Assembly: GCF_963921235.1 (NCBI RefSeq)
Contig: NC_086097.1
Span: forward strand, 41,852,001-41,916,000
Source: Mobula hypostoma
Taxonomy: Eukaryota
Length of the DNA: 64,000 bases
Direction: 5' to 3'
A program made the position numbers and the translations under genes. Positions 1 to 11,741 of the stretch are shown piece by piece; the stretch's first letter is position 1, and each line of letters begins with the position of its first letter. The notes beneath the pieces were generated by a model that saw only the letters and a list, made by a program, of their open reading frames with translations, had not been told where the DNA came from and ran no database searches.

Positions 1-1185
1 AACTCTATGCATCATTATCTTATGGATAAGTCTTTTATGCGGCACTTTATCGAACTCCTTCTGGAAATCCAAGTAAATAACATCCATCTGTTCCCTTCTA
101 TCCACTGCGCTCATTATATCCTCAAAGAACTCCAGTAAGTTTGTTAAACGGGGACTGCCTTTGCTGAATCCATGCTGTATCTGCCTGATGGAGCCATTTC
201 TTTCTAGATGCCTAGCTATTTCTTCTTTAATGATAGCTTCACGCATTTTCACAACTACAGATGTTAAACTAACTGGCCTATAGTGACCTGCCTTTTGTCT
301 ATATCCTTTCTTGAACAGTAGTGTGACACTCAACATCTTCCAATCCACTGGGACCTGCCCAGATCCAGAGAATTTTGATAAATTATCACCAAAGCCATTT
401 CTGCCATTTCTTTTAGTGCCCTGGGATGCATTCCATCAGGACCAGGAGACTTATCTATCTTCAGGCCCACGTTTGCTCAGCACTACCACTTCAGTGGTCC
501 TCGTTTCCCATCGCATCCGTAACATCTCTCTTTGACATGTTAGACATATCCTCCACTGTGAAAACCGACACAAAATAGTCATTCAAAGCTTCTGTCATTT
601 CCTTATTACTAAATATCAATTCCCCATTCTCACCCTTCAAGGGACCTACACTCACCTTAGCCATCCTTTTCTGCTTTATGTAATTATAAATCTTTCACTA
701 TCCAGTTTTATACATTGTGCTAGTTTATTTTCATAATCTTTCTTTCCTTTTTCTATTGCTCACTTAGTGGTTCTTTGTTGCTTTTTAAAGTTTTCCCAAA
801 TTTCCAGTTTCCCACTACTCTTGGTGACTTTGTATTCATGAGCTTTTAGTTTGATGCCTTCTTTTATTTCCTTAGTTATCCAAGGCTGACTCACCCCACC
901 TTTACCGTCCCTGCTTTTAATTGGAATATACTTTTGTTGAGCACCATAAAAAATCTCTCTGAAAGTCTTCCACTGTTCCTCAACCATTCCACAATATAGC
1001 CTATGTTGCCAGTCTATACTAACCAAGTCCACCTTCACCAATTGTTTAGGCATAGTCTCCACTGTTTAGGCATAATACACTGTTTTTAGATCGAACTATT
1101 GCACCCTCCATTCGTATAAGAAACTCAATCATACTATTATCTTCCAAGAGGATCCTTAACTACAAGATCACTAATTTTACCTGTC
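1..1185 (-). mobile_element. CR1 LINE fragment (ORF2 linker and RT start), runs off the window edge
   Basis: Minus strand near 1-90 reads DVIYLDFQKEFDKVPHKRL (CR1 RT motif). ORF 760..1062 matches the CR1 EN-RT linker (QWKTFREIF...PWITKEIK). Confidence 0.9.
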
Positions 1186-1187
1186 TC

Positions 1188-1300
1188 TGTGAGAGCAGAA
1201 GAAGAGTTAATATTTCAGGTTGAAAATCCTTCACCAAAACTAGGGAAGAGAGAAAACAAATTAGTTCTAAGTTGCAGGTAGGGTGGGTGAGGGATAGATG
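1188..1300 (-). mobile_element. Old PLE 3' tail fragment with decayed hammerhead motif
   Basis: Reverse complement TTTGGTGAAGGATTTTCAACCTGAAATATTAACTC aligns with the PLE tail motif at 25225-25262. Confidence 0.5.
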
Positions 1301-2083
1301 AATAAGACAAAAGGAATACTTCAGATATATAGAAGCCAGTGAAATAAGCTGTACAATAAGTCACCTGATTTTCATTCCAGTGTAGTCAGTTGTTTTGGTT
1401 TTCACTTCCAATACTTTGTCTGCACAATGTTCTTCTCTATGAAGGATTAAGAAAAATAAAGAGATCAGATAACAGATCAACAGAAAAACATTAACAAAGA
1501 CATTAAAGTACCATTGCTAGTAGTTGATATGATCTTAACTTCTTGCACTGCGAATTGTAGAAACTTCAATATTAAACCAAGGTGTCCTTGCAATGGAATA
1601 TGTAGGAAATTGGTAGGATTCCTTGGAGTAGGCCTGAATAGTCCCATAAAATAACTATAAAATTATAATTTCACACAGGCCTCATTCCACACCTTTGAAG
1701 GATGACACCCTCAGAATAATTCTCACCATACAGCTAGTACAATATTTGGAAAGTTATTAAAGCAGACTGCTCTAATAAAGGGGACATAAACATACCAAAC
1801 TTTCTAATATATTTTATCTTCCCTACTTTCTAATCTTAGTCCAGATCTATGAATTGAGAACTCAATTCATTATAAAATCATTTCTTGTGGTAACTGCCAG
1901 AGTTCTGATAAAACAAACTCATAAATAATTATTCTACTTCTTAAAACTCCGGGTATTAGCCAATTTACAAAGAAGGCAAAGACAAACTTTTTAAAAAGAA
2001 CTCACAGAAAATGAATGTAGAACTTCAGTGAAGACATAATTTACAAAAAAAACCTTTATAATGAGGTTTGGATATTGTAATAT

Positions 2084-2465
2084 TGGGCAGATGGGGCTCG
2101 ACAGCCTTGGACGGCAGCCCACCTAGGAGAAGGAAAACTCTGATTTTAATCCTCCGCTTCCTTGTGGCCATACCCACCCATGGGAAAGGCTTTGGGAGTA
2201 AACCCAGAGGAAGAAATCCAGAGCCGGGGTCCCTAAGGCAGCTTGATGTTGTTTACAACTTCACTCTGGCAACCTCTGCAATGACACTACAATGGTGTCA
2301 AGCTGTATCGGCACTTGGACTACATCAGTGACGTGGACAGGGGGAACCCACTGCATGGACAACAACCAGTTCTTCAAATCTTCCCGCCCAAGCTTGCGCC
2401 CTGGAGAGGACACAATCCACCAGAGGCACAAACCCTTAATTCCATGGGATCGATGGCTGCCAATG
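2084..2465 (+). mobile_element. Non-coding retroposon, probably RTE-derived
   Basis: GC-rich island flanked by ATTGTAATAT (2074-2083) and ATTTTAATAT (2466-2475), a 10-bp TSD with 1 mismatch. CCTAGGAGAAGGAAAACTCTGA resembles RTE-clade 5' UTRs (from memory, not searched). Confidence 0.55.
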
Positions 2466-2614
2466 ATTTTAATATAGGTGAAGGTTTGTATATCTTTAAA
2501 AAGCGAGGGCACCATGCAGTATGACTTTTGATATATTATTATGTCAAATCCTGCTCAAAGATGGGAGCTTACTGACTTTCTAACTTCCTTTAGCAAATAA
2601 TTATAACAAATAGT

Positions 2615-3690
2615 CTACAGACACTTCACTGATGACAAGAATGGGACGTTTCTTGAGAAGAGGACTCCAGCCTGAAGGAAAGAGTAAACAAGACAGAAAG
2701 AACGTAGATGATAGTGAGAGGTAGAAGTAGTAGATTGCTTGGTAAACTCAAGAAATGTGGCCTCTGCCATTTTCTCTATGTAATGAATGGGTAGAAATGT
2801 TCCTGAAAGCAAACAGCGTTCTTAGGCTCCTGAATCAGGGCACCGAATGGAGCTCTGTGGTCAATTACTAAAAGAAGAAGACGATATGGTTCCTGGTGTT
2901 AAGGTCTGAAACATGTGAGTCAGGGCTATGGTGAAACCATGAAGATGGAGAATGGAAATCTGAAGTCTGCAGAAGTGGGTTGGCAATATCAACAATGACT
3001 ATTTCACACATATCATAAGAGTTGATGACAAGCCGGGGATTTGCAGAGCTGACTCGTTGGGTATCTGCATCTGGACAATTTACCACCAATCAGCAAGTGG
3101 CACTTACATTGCAGATTCATGACAGTAAAATACCAGGACAGAAGGTGTCCATTCCAGAACCAACTATAGTGATGGAGAAGCAGACCAGGGGTGGTTGAGG
3201 ACCATCTGTAAGAGCAAGCCAAGTCCAATTCATCCTTCAGATCACGATTATGCATTTTTAGAGCAATGATAATATTCTCAAATCTTGACAGCAAGCAGTT
3301 CAAAGAAAAAAGCTTGAATAGTATAAGAGAGCTGGTTCACTAGAGTACAACATCAAAAAGCTCAGCACAGGTAATCCCAAAGGTATTTGTCACTTAACTG
3401 TGGAAGTTAAAACTGCAGCATTTGTGGGTAAAGAGGGTCAGCTTCCACATGACCTTTGTCTAAGGGGTCAGTGAATAGCCCAGAACAACATTAGACTGTG
3501 TGGTTACGGAAGGAACTCAAGTGTCCCAAAGTTACAGTGAAAAATATCACAATTGACATGGAAGAACTGATGTCAGCCAGAAGCAGGAAATATCAGGAGA
3601 AACTATAAATAACATCATAAGTTTGTGAACCAAGTCTGCAAAGAAAGTTAAAAGGCAAGATAGAGAAATATACCTGGACGAGATGTCCCT
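2615..3690 (+). mobile_element. Highly decayed non-LTR element (RTE-like endonuclease and linker remnants)
   Basis: Only short residual motifs remain: SDH at about 3237 and KKVKRQDREIYLDEM near 3640-3685. No ORF is left. Confidence 0.35.
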
Positions 3691-3968
3691 CCAAACCTGC
3701 TCTATCATTCAATAAGATTTGGCTGATCCTTGATTGTGTTAATAACTAAAAAAAAGTATGAACCTGTCACAGCATTGCACAGCACAGAGCAGGCCCATCC
3801 ACCATCACCTCAATACCGGCCATCATGCCTGTCCATGTGACACTGGGAACGCAGGAAGTGGTTCTTTCAACTCTGAAGTTGAATCTGGATGCGTTGGCAT
3901 CCCAAATTTGAATGGTAAGCCTCATTGGTCGATGTGAATCATGATGTGCGCATTCACTATCTGATGTC

Positions 3969-5679
3969 TCAGCAGAGGTACTTAATGAATACTTCAGTAT
4001 TCACGATGGAAAAGGGTCTTGGTGATTGTAGTGATGACATACAGCGGACTGAAAAGCTTGAGCATGTAGATATTAAGAAAGAGGATGTGCTGGAGCTTTT
4101 AGAAACCATCAAGTTGGATAAGTCGCCAGGACCGGATAAGATGTACCCCAGGCTACTGTGTGGGAGGCAAGAGAGGAGATTGCTGAGCCTCTGGCAATGA
4201 TCTTTGCATCATCAATGGAGATGGGAGAGGTTCCGGAGGATTGGAAGGTTGCAGATGTTGTTCCCTTATTCAAGAAAGGGAGTAGACATAGCCCAGGAAA
4301 TTATAGACCAGTGAGTCTTACTTCAGTGGTTGATAAGTTGAGGGAGAAGATCCTGAGAGGCAGGATTTATGAACATTTGGAGAGGTACAATATGTTTAGG
4401 AATAGACAGCATGGCTTTGTCAAGGGCAGGTCGTGCCTTACGAGCCTGATTGAATTTTCTGAAGATGTGACTAAACACATTGAAGAAAGAAGAGCAGTAG
4501 ATGTAGTGTATATGAATTTCAGCAAGGCGTTTGATAAGGTACCCCATACAAGGCTTATAGAGAAAATAAGGAGGCATGGGATTCAAGAGGGCATTACTTT
4601 GTGGATCCAGAAGTGGCTTGCCCACAGAAAGGAAAGAGTGGTTATAGAGGGGTCATATTCTACATGGAGGTTGGTCACCAGTGATGTGCCACAGGGATCT
4701 GTTCTGGGACCCTTACTCTTCATGATTTTTATAAATGACCTGGATGAGGAAGTGGAGAGATGGGTTAGTAAGTTTGCTGATAATACAAAGGTTGGGAGTG
4801 TTGTGGATAGTGTGGAGGGATATCAAAGGTTACAGCCCAACATTGATAGGATGCAAAACTGGGCTGAGAATTGGCAAATGGAGTTCAACCCAGATAAGTG
4901 TGAAGTGGTTCAATTTGGTAGGTCAAATATGATGGCAGGATATAGTATTAATGATAAGAATCTTGGCAGTGTGGAGGATCAGAGGGATCTTGGGGTCCGA
5001 GTCCATAGGATGCTCAAAGCAGGTGTGTAGGTTGACTCTGTGGTTAAGAAGACATACGGTGGTGTATTGGCCTTCATCAATCGTGGAATTGAATTGAGGA
5101 GCCGAGAGGTAATGTTACAGCTATATAGGACCCTGGTCAGATCCCACTTTGAGAACTGTGCTCAGTTCTGGTTGCCTCACTAAAGGAAGAATGTGGAAAC
5201 CATAGAAAAGGTGCAGTGGAGATTTACAAGGATGTTGCCTGGATTGGGGAGCATGCCTTATGAAAACAGGTTGAGTGAACTCGTCCTTTTCTCCTTGGAG
5301 CGACGGAGGATGAGAGGTGACCTGATAGAGGTTTATAAGATGATGAGAGGCATTGATCGTGTGGATAGTCAGAGGCTTTTTCCCAGGGCTGAAATGGCTG
5401 GAAGGAGAGGGAACAGGTTTAAGGTGCTTGAAAGTAGGTACAGAGGAGATGTCAGGGGTAAGTTTTTTCTGCAGAGAGAGGTAAATGCATGGAATAGCCT
5501 GCCGGCAACGGTGGTGGAGGCGGATACAATAGGGTCTTTTAAGAGACTTTTGGATAGGTATATGGAGCTTAGAAAAATAGAGGGCTTTGGGTAAGCCTAG
5601 TAATTTCTAAGGTAGGGACATGTTTGGTACAACTTTCTGATCTGAAGGGCCTGTATTGTGCTGTAGGTTTTCTATGTTC
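3969..5679 (+). mobile_element. 5'-truncated CR1 LINE inserted in Gypsy pol
   Basis: ORFs 3925..4200, 4158..5030 and 5193..5594 are consecutive CR1 ORF2 pieces. It ends in a TTCTATG-type tail, and the Gypsy sequence rejoins across the two flanks. Confidence 0.95.
4158..5030 (+). pseudogene. CR1 ORF2 reverse transcriptase fragment (disrupted)
   Basis: [38 protein letters not shown] (catalytic ADD mutated); a frameshift upstream and a stop downstream. Confidence 0.9.
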
Positions 5680-6971
5680 CCATTTCCTCTACCTTTTTGA
5701 AAGCCACCTTAGACTGGTTTGTCCATTGACATCTCTTCCTGATCTGTAGTAATGAGTTCAAGGAGTGGAGCACAATAGCCAGGTTTTGGAAGGAACCTGT
5801 TGTAGTAATTGACTAATCCTAATAAGTACTGCAACTGTGACACATCCTTTGACTTTGAGGCATCCACCACAGCTTGAATTTTCTCAGCAGACCAGAAAGA
5901 TGAGATAGGTGGGTGACTGTGGGAAGGAAGTGCAGGGTAAGAGGTTCACACTCTCTGGGGTATCAATTCCAGAGCTGGAATTGTACAACCATTTTGAACA
6001 TATTGTGATGCTCGACGACGACCATGAAACCTCTGAAGTTGTAAGCAGGACAGAAGAGCACCACAGGACCCTCTATAATCCTAAATCTAAACCCGGTAAG
6101 TGGAAAGTAATGATAGTAGGGGACTCAATTATCGAGGGGGAAAGTTGATAATCAGGTGTGACAAGGAGTCTCATAGAAACATAGAAAATATGTGCAGGAG
6201 TAGGCCATTTGGCCCTTCGAGCCTGCACTGCCATTCAGTATGATCATAGCTGATCATCCAACTCAGAGCCCTGTACCAGCCTTCCCTCCATACCCCCTGA
6301 TCCCTTTAGCCACAAGGGCCATATCTAATTACCTCTTAAATATAACCAATGAACTGGCCTCAACTGTTTCCTGTGGCAGAGAATTCCACAGATTCACCAC
6401 TCTCTGTGTGAAGAACTTTTTCCTCATCTTGGTCCTAAAAGGCTTCCCCTTTATCCTCAAACTGTGACCCCTCGTTCTGGACTTCCCCAACATCGGGAAC
6501 AATCTTCCTGCATCTAGCCTGTCCAAACCCTTTAGGATTTTATATGTTTCAATAAGATCCCCTCTCAATCTTCTAAATTCCAACGAGTATAAGCCTAGTC
6601 GATCCAGTCTTTCATCATATGAAAGTCCTGCCATCCCAGGAATCAATCTGGTGAACCTTCTTTGTACTCCCTCCATGGCAAGAATGTCTTTCCTCAGATT
6701 AGGGGACCAAAACTGCACACAATACTCCAGGTGTGGTCTCACCAAGGCCTTGTACAACTGCAGTAGCACCTCCCTGCTCCTGTACTCAAATCCTCTTGCT
6801 ATGAATGCCAGCATACCATTCGCCTTTTTCACCGCCTGCTGTACCTGCATGCCCACTTTCAATGACTGGTGTACAATGACACCCAGGTCTCGTTGCACCT
6901 CCCCTTTTCCTAATCGGCCAAGATTCAGATAATAATCTGTTTTCCTGTTTTTGCCACCAAAGTGGATAACC

Positions 6972-7721
6972 TCACATCTGCATCTGCCATGAATTTGCCC
7001 ACTCACCTAACCTATCCAAGTCACCCTGCATCCTCTTAGCATCCTCCTCACAGCTAACACTGCCGCCCAGCTTCGTGTCATCCGCAAACTTGGAGATGCT
7101 GCATCTAATTCCCTCATCTAAGTCATTAATATATATTGTAAACAACTGGGGTCCCAGCACTGAGCCTTGCGGTACCCCACTAGTCACTGCCTGCCATTCT
7201 GAAAAGGTCCCGTTTATTCCCACTCTTTGCTTCCTGTCTGCCAACCAATTCTCTATCCATATCAATACCATACTCCCAATACCGTGTGCTTTAAGTTTGT
7301 GCACTAATCTCCTGTGTGGGACCTTGTCAAAAGCCTTTTGAAAATCCAAATATACCTCATCCACTGGTTTTCCCCTATCCACTCTACCAGTTACATCCTC
7401 AAAAAATTCTATGAGATTCGTCAGACATGATTTTCCTTTCACAAATCCATGCTGACTTTGTCCAATGATTTCACCGCTTTCCAAATGTGCTGTTATCACA
7501 TCTTTGATAACTGATTCTAGCATTTTCCCGACCACCAATGTTAGGCTAACTGGTCTATAATTCCCCGGTTTCTCTGTCCCTCCTGTTTTAAAAAGTGGGG
7601 TTACATTAGCCACCCTCCAATCCTCAGGAACTAGTCCAGAATCTAAAAAGTTTTGAAAAATTATCACTAATGCATCCACTATTTCTTGGGCTACTTCCCA
7701 AGCACCTGGGATGCAGACCAT
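6972..7721 (-). pseudogene. CR1 ORF2 RT core fragment
   Basis: [31 protein letters not shown]; bounded by frameshifts. Confidence 0.92.
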
Positions 7722-8480
7722 CTGGCCCTGGGGATTTATCTGCCTTTAATCCCTTCAATTTACCTAACACCACTTCCCTACTAACATGTATTTCCCTCAG
7801 TTCCTCCATCTCACTGGACACTCTGTCCCCTACTATTTCTGGAAGATTATTTATGTCCTCCTTAGTGAAGACAGAACCAAAGTAGTTATTCAATTGGTCT
7901 GCCATGTCCTTGCTCCCCATAATCAATTCACCTGTTTCTGTCTGTAGGAGTCCTACATTTGTCTTAACCATTCTTTTTCTTTTCACATATCTATAAAAGC
8001 TTTTACAGTCAGTTTTTATGTTCCCTGCCAGTTTTCTCTCATAATCTTTTTTCCCCTTCCTAATTAAGCCCTTTGTCCTCCTCTGCTGAATTCTGAATTT
8101 CTCCCAGTCCTCAGGTGAGCCACTTTTTCTGGCTAATTTGTATGCTTCTTCTTTGGAATTGATACTATCCTAATTTCCCTTGTCAGCCACAGGTGCACTA
8201 CCTTCCTTGATTTATTCTTTTGCCAAACTGGGATGAACAATTGTTGTAGTTCATCCATGCGATCCTTAAATGCTTGCCATTGCATAAGCACCATCAACCC
8301 TTTAAGTGTCATTTGCCAGTCTATCTTAGCTAATTCATGTCTCATACCTTCAAAGTTACCCTTCTTTAAGTTGAGAACCTTTGTTTCTGAATTAACTATG
8401 TCACTCTCTATCTTAATGAAGAATTCTACCATATTATGGTCACTGTTACCCAAGGGGCCTCTCACAACAAGATTGCTAAT

Positions 8481-9182
8481 TTACCCTTTCCCATTGCTCA
8501 ATACCCAGTCTAGAATAGCTTGCTCTCTAGTTGGTTCCTCGACATGTTGGTTCAAAAAACCAACCCGCATACATTCCAAGAAATCCTCTTCCTCAGCACC
8601 TTTACCAATTTGGTTCACCCAATCTATATGTAGATTGAAGTCTCCCATTATAAGTGCTGTTCCTTTATTGCACACATTTCTAATTTCCTGCTTAATACCA
8701 TCCCCAACCTCACTACTACTGTTAGGTGGCCTGTACACAACTCCCACCAGCGTTTTCTGCCCCTTAGTGTTATGCAGTTCTACCCATATAGATTCCACAT
8801 CCTCCCGGCTAATGTCCTTCCTTTCTATTGCGTTAATCTCCTCTCTAACCAGCAATGCTACCCCACCTTCTTTTCTTTCATGTTTATCCCTCCTGAACAT
8901 TGAATATCCCTGAATGTCGAGCTCACATCCCTGGTCACCCTGGAGCCATGTCTCTGTGATCCCAACTATATCATATTCACTAATGACAATCTGCACTTTT
9001 AATTCATCCACCTTGTTACGAATGCTTCTTGCATTGACACACAAAGCCTTCAGGCTTGCTTTTACAACACTCTTAGCCCTTATATAATTATGTTGAAAAG
9101 TGGCCCTTTTTGATCTTTGCCCTGGATTTGCCAGCCTGCCACTTTTACTTTCCACCTCACTACTTTTTGCTTCTACCCTCAT
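8481..9182 (-). pseudogene. CR1 ORF2 APE-like endonuclease fragment
   Basis: NARSIRNK, GITETWL, GGVAL, VYRPP, MGDFN, LDWVL. Confidence 0.92.
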
Positions 9183-10715
9183 TTTACACCCCTCTGTCTC
9201 TCTGCACTTGTTCCCATCCCCCTGTTGTTAACTAACCTCCTCTCTCCTAGTCTCTTTAATTTGATTCCCACCCCCCCCCAACCATTCTAGTTTAAAGTCA
9301 CCTCAGTAGCCCTCTCAAATCTCCCCGCCAGGATATTGGTCCCCCTAGGATTCAAGTGTAACCCGTCCTTTTTGAACAGGTCATACCTGCGCCAAAAGAG
9401 GTCCCAATGATCCAAAAACTTGAATGCCTGCCCCCTGCTCCAATCCCTCAGCCGCGCATTTATCCTCCACTTCATTGGGTCAGAATAGGATGAAAAATGT
9501 TAGTAACATACTAAGGATGGTCTGCATAAATACAATAAATATTAAGAATAATATAAACAAGCTGGAATTTTATGTAAGTGCATATAAGTTTGATATAATA
9601 GCAATAACAGAAACTTGTCTGACCACAAGGACTGGTGATGAATATAGTATTAAAGGATATACTTTATTAGAAAAGATAGGCAAAATTGTAAAGGTGGAGG
9701 AGTGACCATACACATAAGAGAGAATTTAAACATGAGACTGCTTTTGATATGAGATGAATCAAGATTCAGTGAAGATATCTGGGTGAGAATTGAAGGCTAT
9801 AAGGATAAAGGAACAACATTGAGTGTATGTTATAGACCCCTAATGCTGACAGTGATTTTAATAAACAACTCTATCAGAATATTTAAAAAGCAAGTTCTGA
9901 GGGTGATGTTATAGTTATAGGTGACTTTAATTTCCCAAATATTCAGTGGGAGAACCCAGTGACTAATGGATAACAGGAAAATAAATTAATTAAGTTATTG
10001 AATGATTGTTCTTTTGACCAATATCTTAATGCATCAACAAGAGGGGAGGGCTGTCTAGATTTGATATTCTGTAACAATCAGGATAGATTTTTGAGTATAG
10101 GAGTTTTTGAGCCTTTAGGAACAAGCAGTCGAGACACTGTTAGTCTACAAAGTATTTTTGGGAGTGTATTTCAGTAAAAACCAAAGCCATTAAACTGAAT
10201 TTCAGAAAGGCAAAGTTTGTGCAGATGCAGCAAAGACTAACCAGAAACAACTGCTTGATCTTAAGTCAGTTAAGGAACAATGGGATCAATTTAGAGGTAA
10301 TGCACGTAGTGCAGGCAATGTTCATACCAAATGCCGGGAGAAGTATTAAAAACAATAGATCAACCACATGAATGAGTAAAGGCATACATAAGAATTATGA
10401 AAAGACAGCTGTATAAGGAATACAGAAAAAATAGTAATGATGTTAACCATAAGACATATGAGAATATGAGAGCCATAGTCAAGAAGGAAATCCGGATTGC
10501 CCAAAGCAGGTTGAGAAGGATATTGCTGATAATGCCAAGATTGACCCCAAGAGATTTTTTTTCAATAATTTAGTAATTTAGTAGTAAAAATAAAAGTCAA
10601 GAAGAAAGTTAAGTGTATTAGGAATAATAGTGGGGTGATAAATTTTGCAGAGTAGGACATAGCAGACAATCCTAACTCATATTTTGCTATTCACCTATGA
10701 AGAAGTTAGCAATAT

Positions 10716-11455
10716 AGATGGCCACATCTGTGCCAGGTGCACCAAGTTGCAGCTTCTGAGAAACCGTGTTAGGGATCTGGAGCTGTGGCTTGATGACTTA
10801 CAACTTATTAGGGAAAGTGAACAGGAAATAGATAGGAACTACAAGGGGTTGGTCACCCCGCGGCTGCAGGAGTGGGTGACTGTCAGGGAAGGGATGGGAA
10901 GAGCTCAAATAGTAGAGAGCACCCCTGTAGCCATCTCCCTCGGTAATCATTATCTTGTTTTGGATGCGGTTGAGTGGGGAGACCTGACAGAGAACGACCA
11001 TGACGATCGGGTCTCTAGCACTGAGCCTGGTTCTGTGGTGCAGAAGGGAGAGAAGATGAGGAATGCAGTAGTCACAGGGGATTCCATAGTGAGAGGAACA
11101 GACAGGAGGTTCTGTCAGCCTGATAGAGATACCCGCATGGTGTGTTGCCTCCCAGGTGCCAGGGTACGGGACGTCTCGGATCGGGTGCAGAATATTCTGA
11201 AGGGAGAGGGTGAATGTTGGTACCAATAGCATAGGTAGAAAAAGGGAGGAGGTACTGAAGAGAGAATTCAGGGAGTTGGGTAGGAAGCTGAAAAGCAGGA
11301 CCTCCAGGGTAGTAATCTCAGGATTGCTGCCTGTGCCACATGCTAACGAGTGCAAGAATAGCATGTTCAGGCATATTAATACGTGGCTGAGAGACTGGTG
11401 TTGGGTACAGGGCTTCATGTTCCTGGATCATTGGGGCATCTTCTGGGGAGGTACG
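10716..11455 (+). pseudogene. CR1 ORF1 fragment: Zn-finger/leucine zipper plus SGNH esterase
   Basis: HICARCTKLQLL...LELWLDDL; VTGDSIVRG; CCLPGARVRDV; VGTNSIG; SRVVISGLLP (ORFs 10684..11229 and 11210..11593). Confidence 0.88.
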
Positions 11456-11741
11456 ACTTCAGGATTAAAGGACGTCTATTTAGAACAGAGATGTGAAGAA
11501 ATTACTTTCGTCAGAGGGTGGCAAATCTATGGAATTTGTTGCCACGAGCGGCTGTGGAGGCCAAGGTATTGGGTGCGTTTAAGGCAGAGATAGATAGGTT
11601 CTTGATTAGCCAGGGCATCAAAGGGTATGGGAGAAGTGGGAATGACTGGGAGAATTGGATTAGCCCATGATTGAATGACAGAGCAGACTTGAAGGGACAA
11701 ATGGTCTACTTCTGCTCCTATATCATATGGTCTTATGGTCT
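10716..11741 (+). mobile_element. Internally deleted CR1: ORF1 fused to the 3' end
   Basis: ORF1 motifs span 10716-11455, then switch abruptly to the ORF2 terminus, 3' UTR and (TCTTATGG)n tail. AATAT is duplicated at 10711-10715 and 11742-11746. Confidence 0.85.

Larger units (their letters stand above)
6172..9476 (-). mobile_element. Young CR1 LINE: ORF1 C-terminus, near-complete frameshifted ORF2 and 3' UTR
   Basis: 9287..9475 esterase end (KDGLHLN); 8481..9182 APE endonuclease; 8133..8465 SDH; 6972..7721 RT with FADD; 6329..7006 C-terminus; (CATAGAAA)n tail at 6172. Confidence 0.97.

Noticed and set aside
8233..8913. 226-aa plus-strand ORF
   Set aside because: Antisense shadow of the CR1 endonuclease region; no independent protein features.
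10798..11418. 206-aa minus-strand ORF
   Set aside because: Antisense to CR1 ORF1.
10684..11593. Possible host lipase or esterase gene
   Set aside because: The SGNH domain is the usual CR1 ORF1 domain, is frameshifted, and recurs near 9300, 54100 and 63700.
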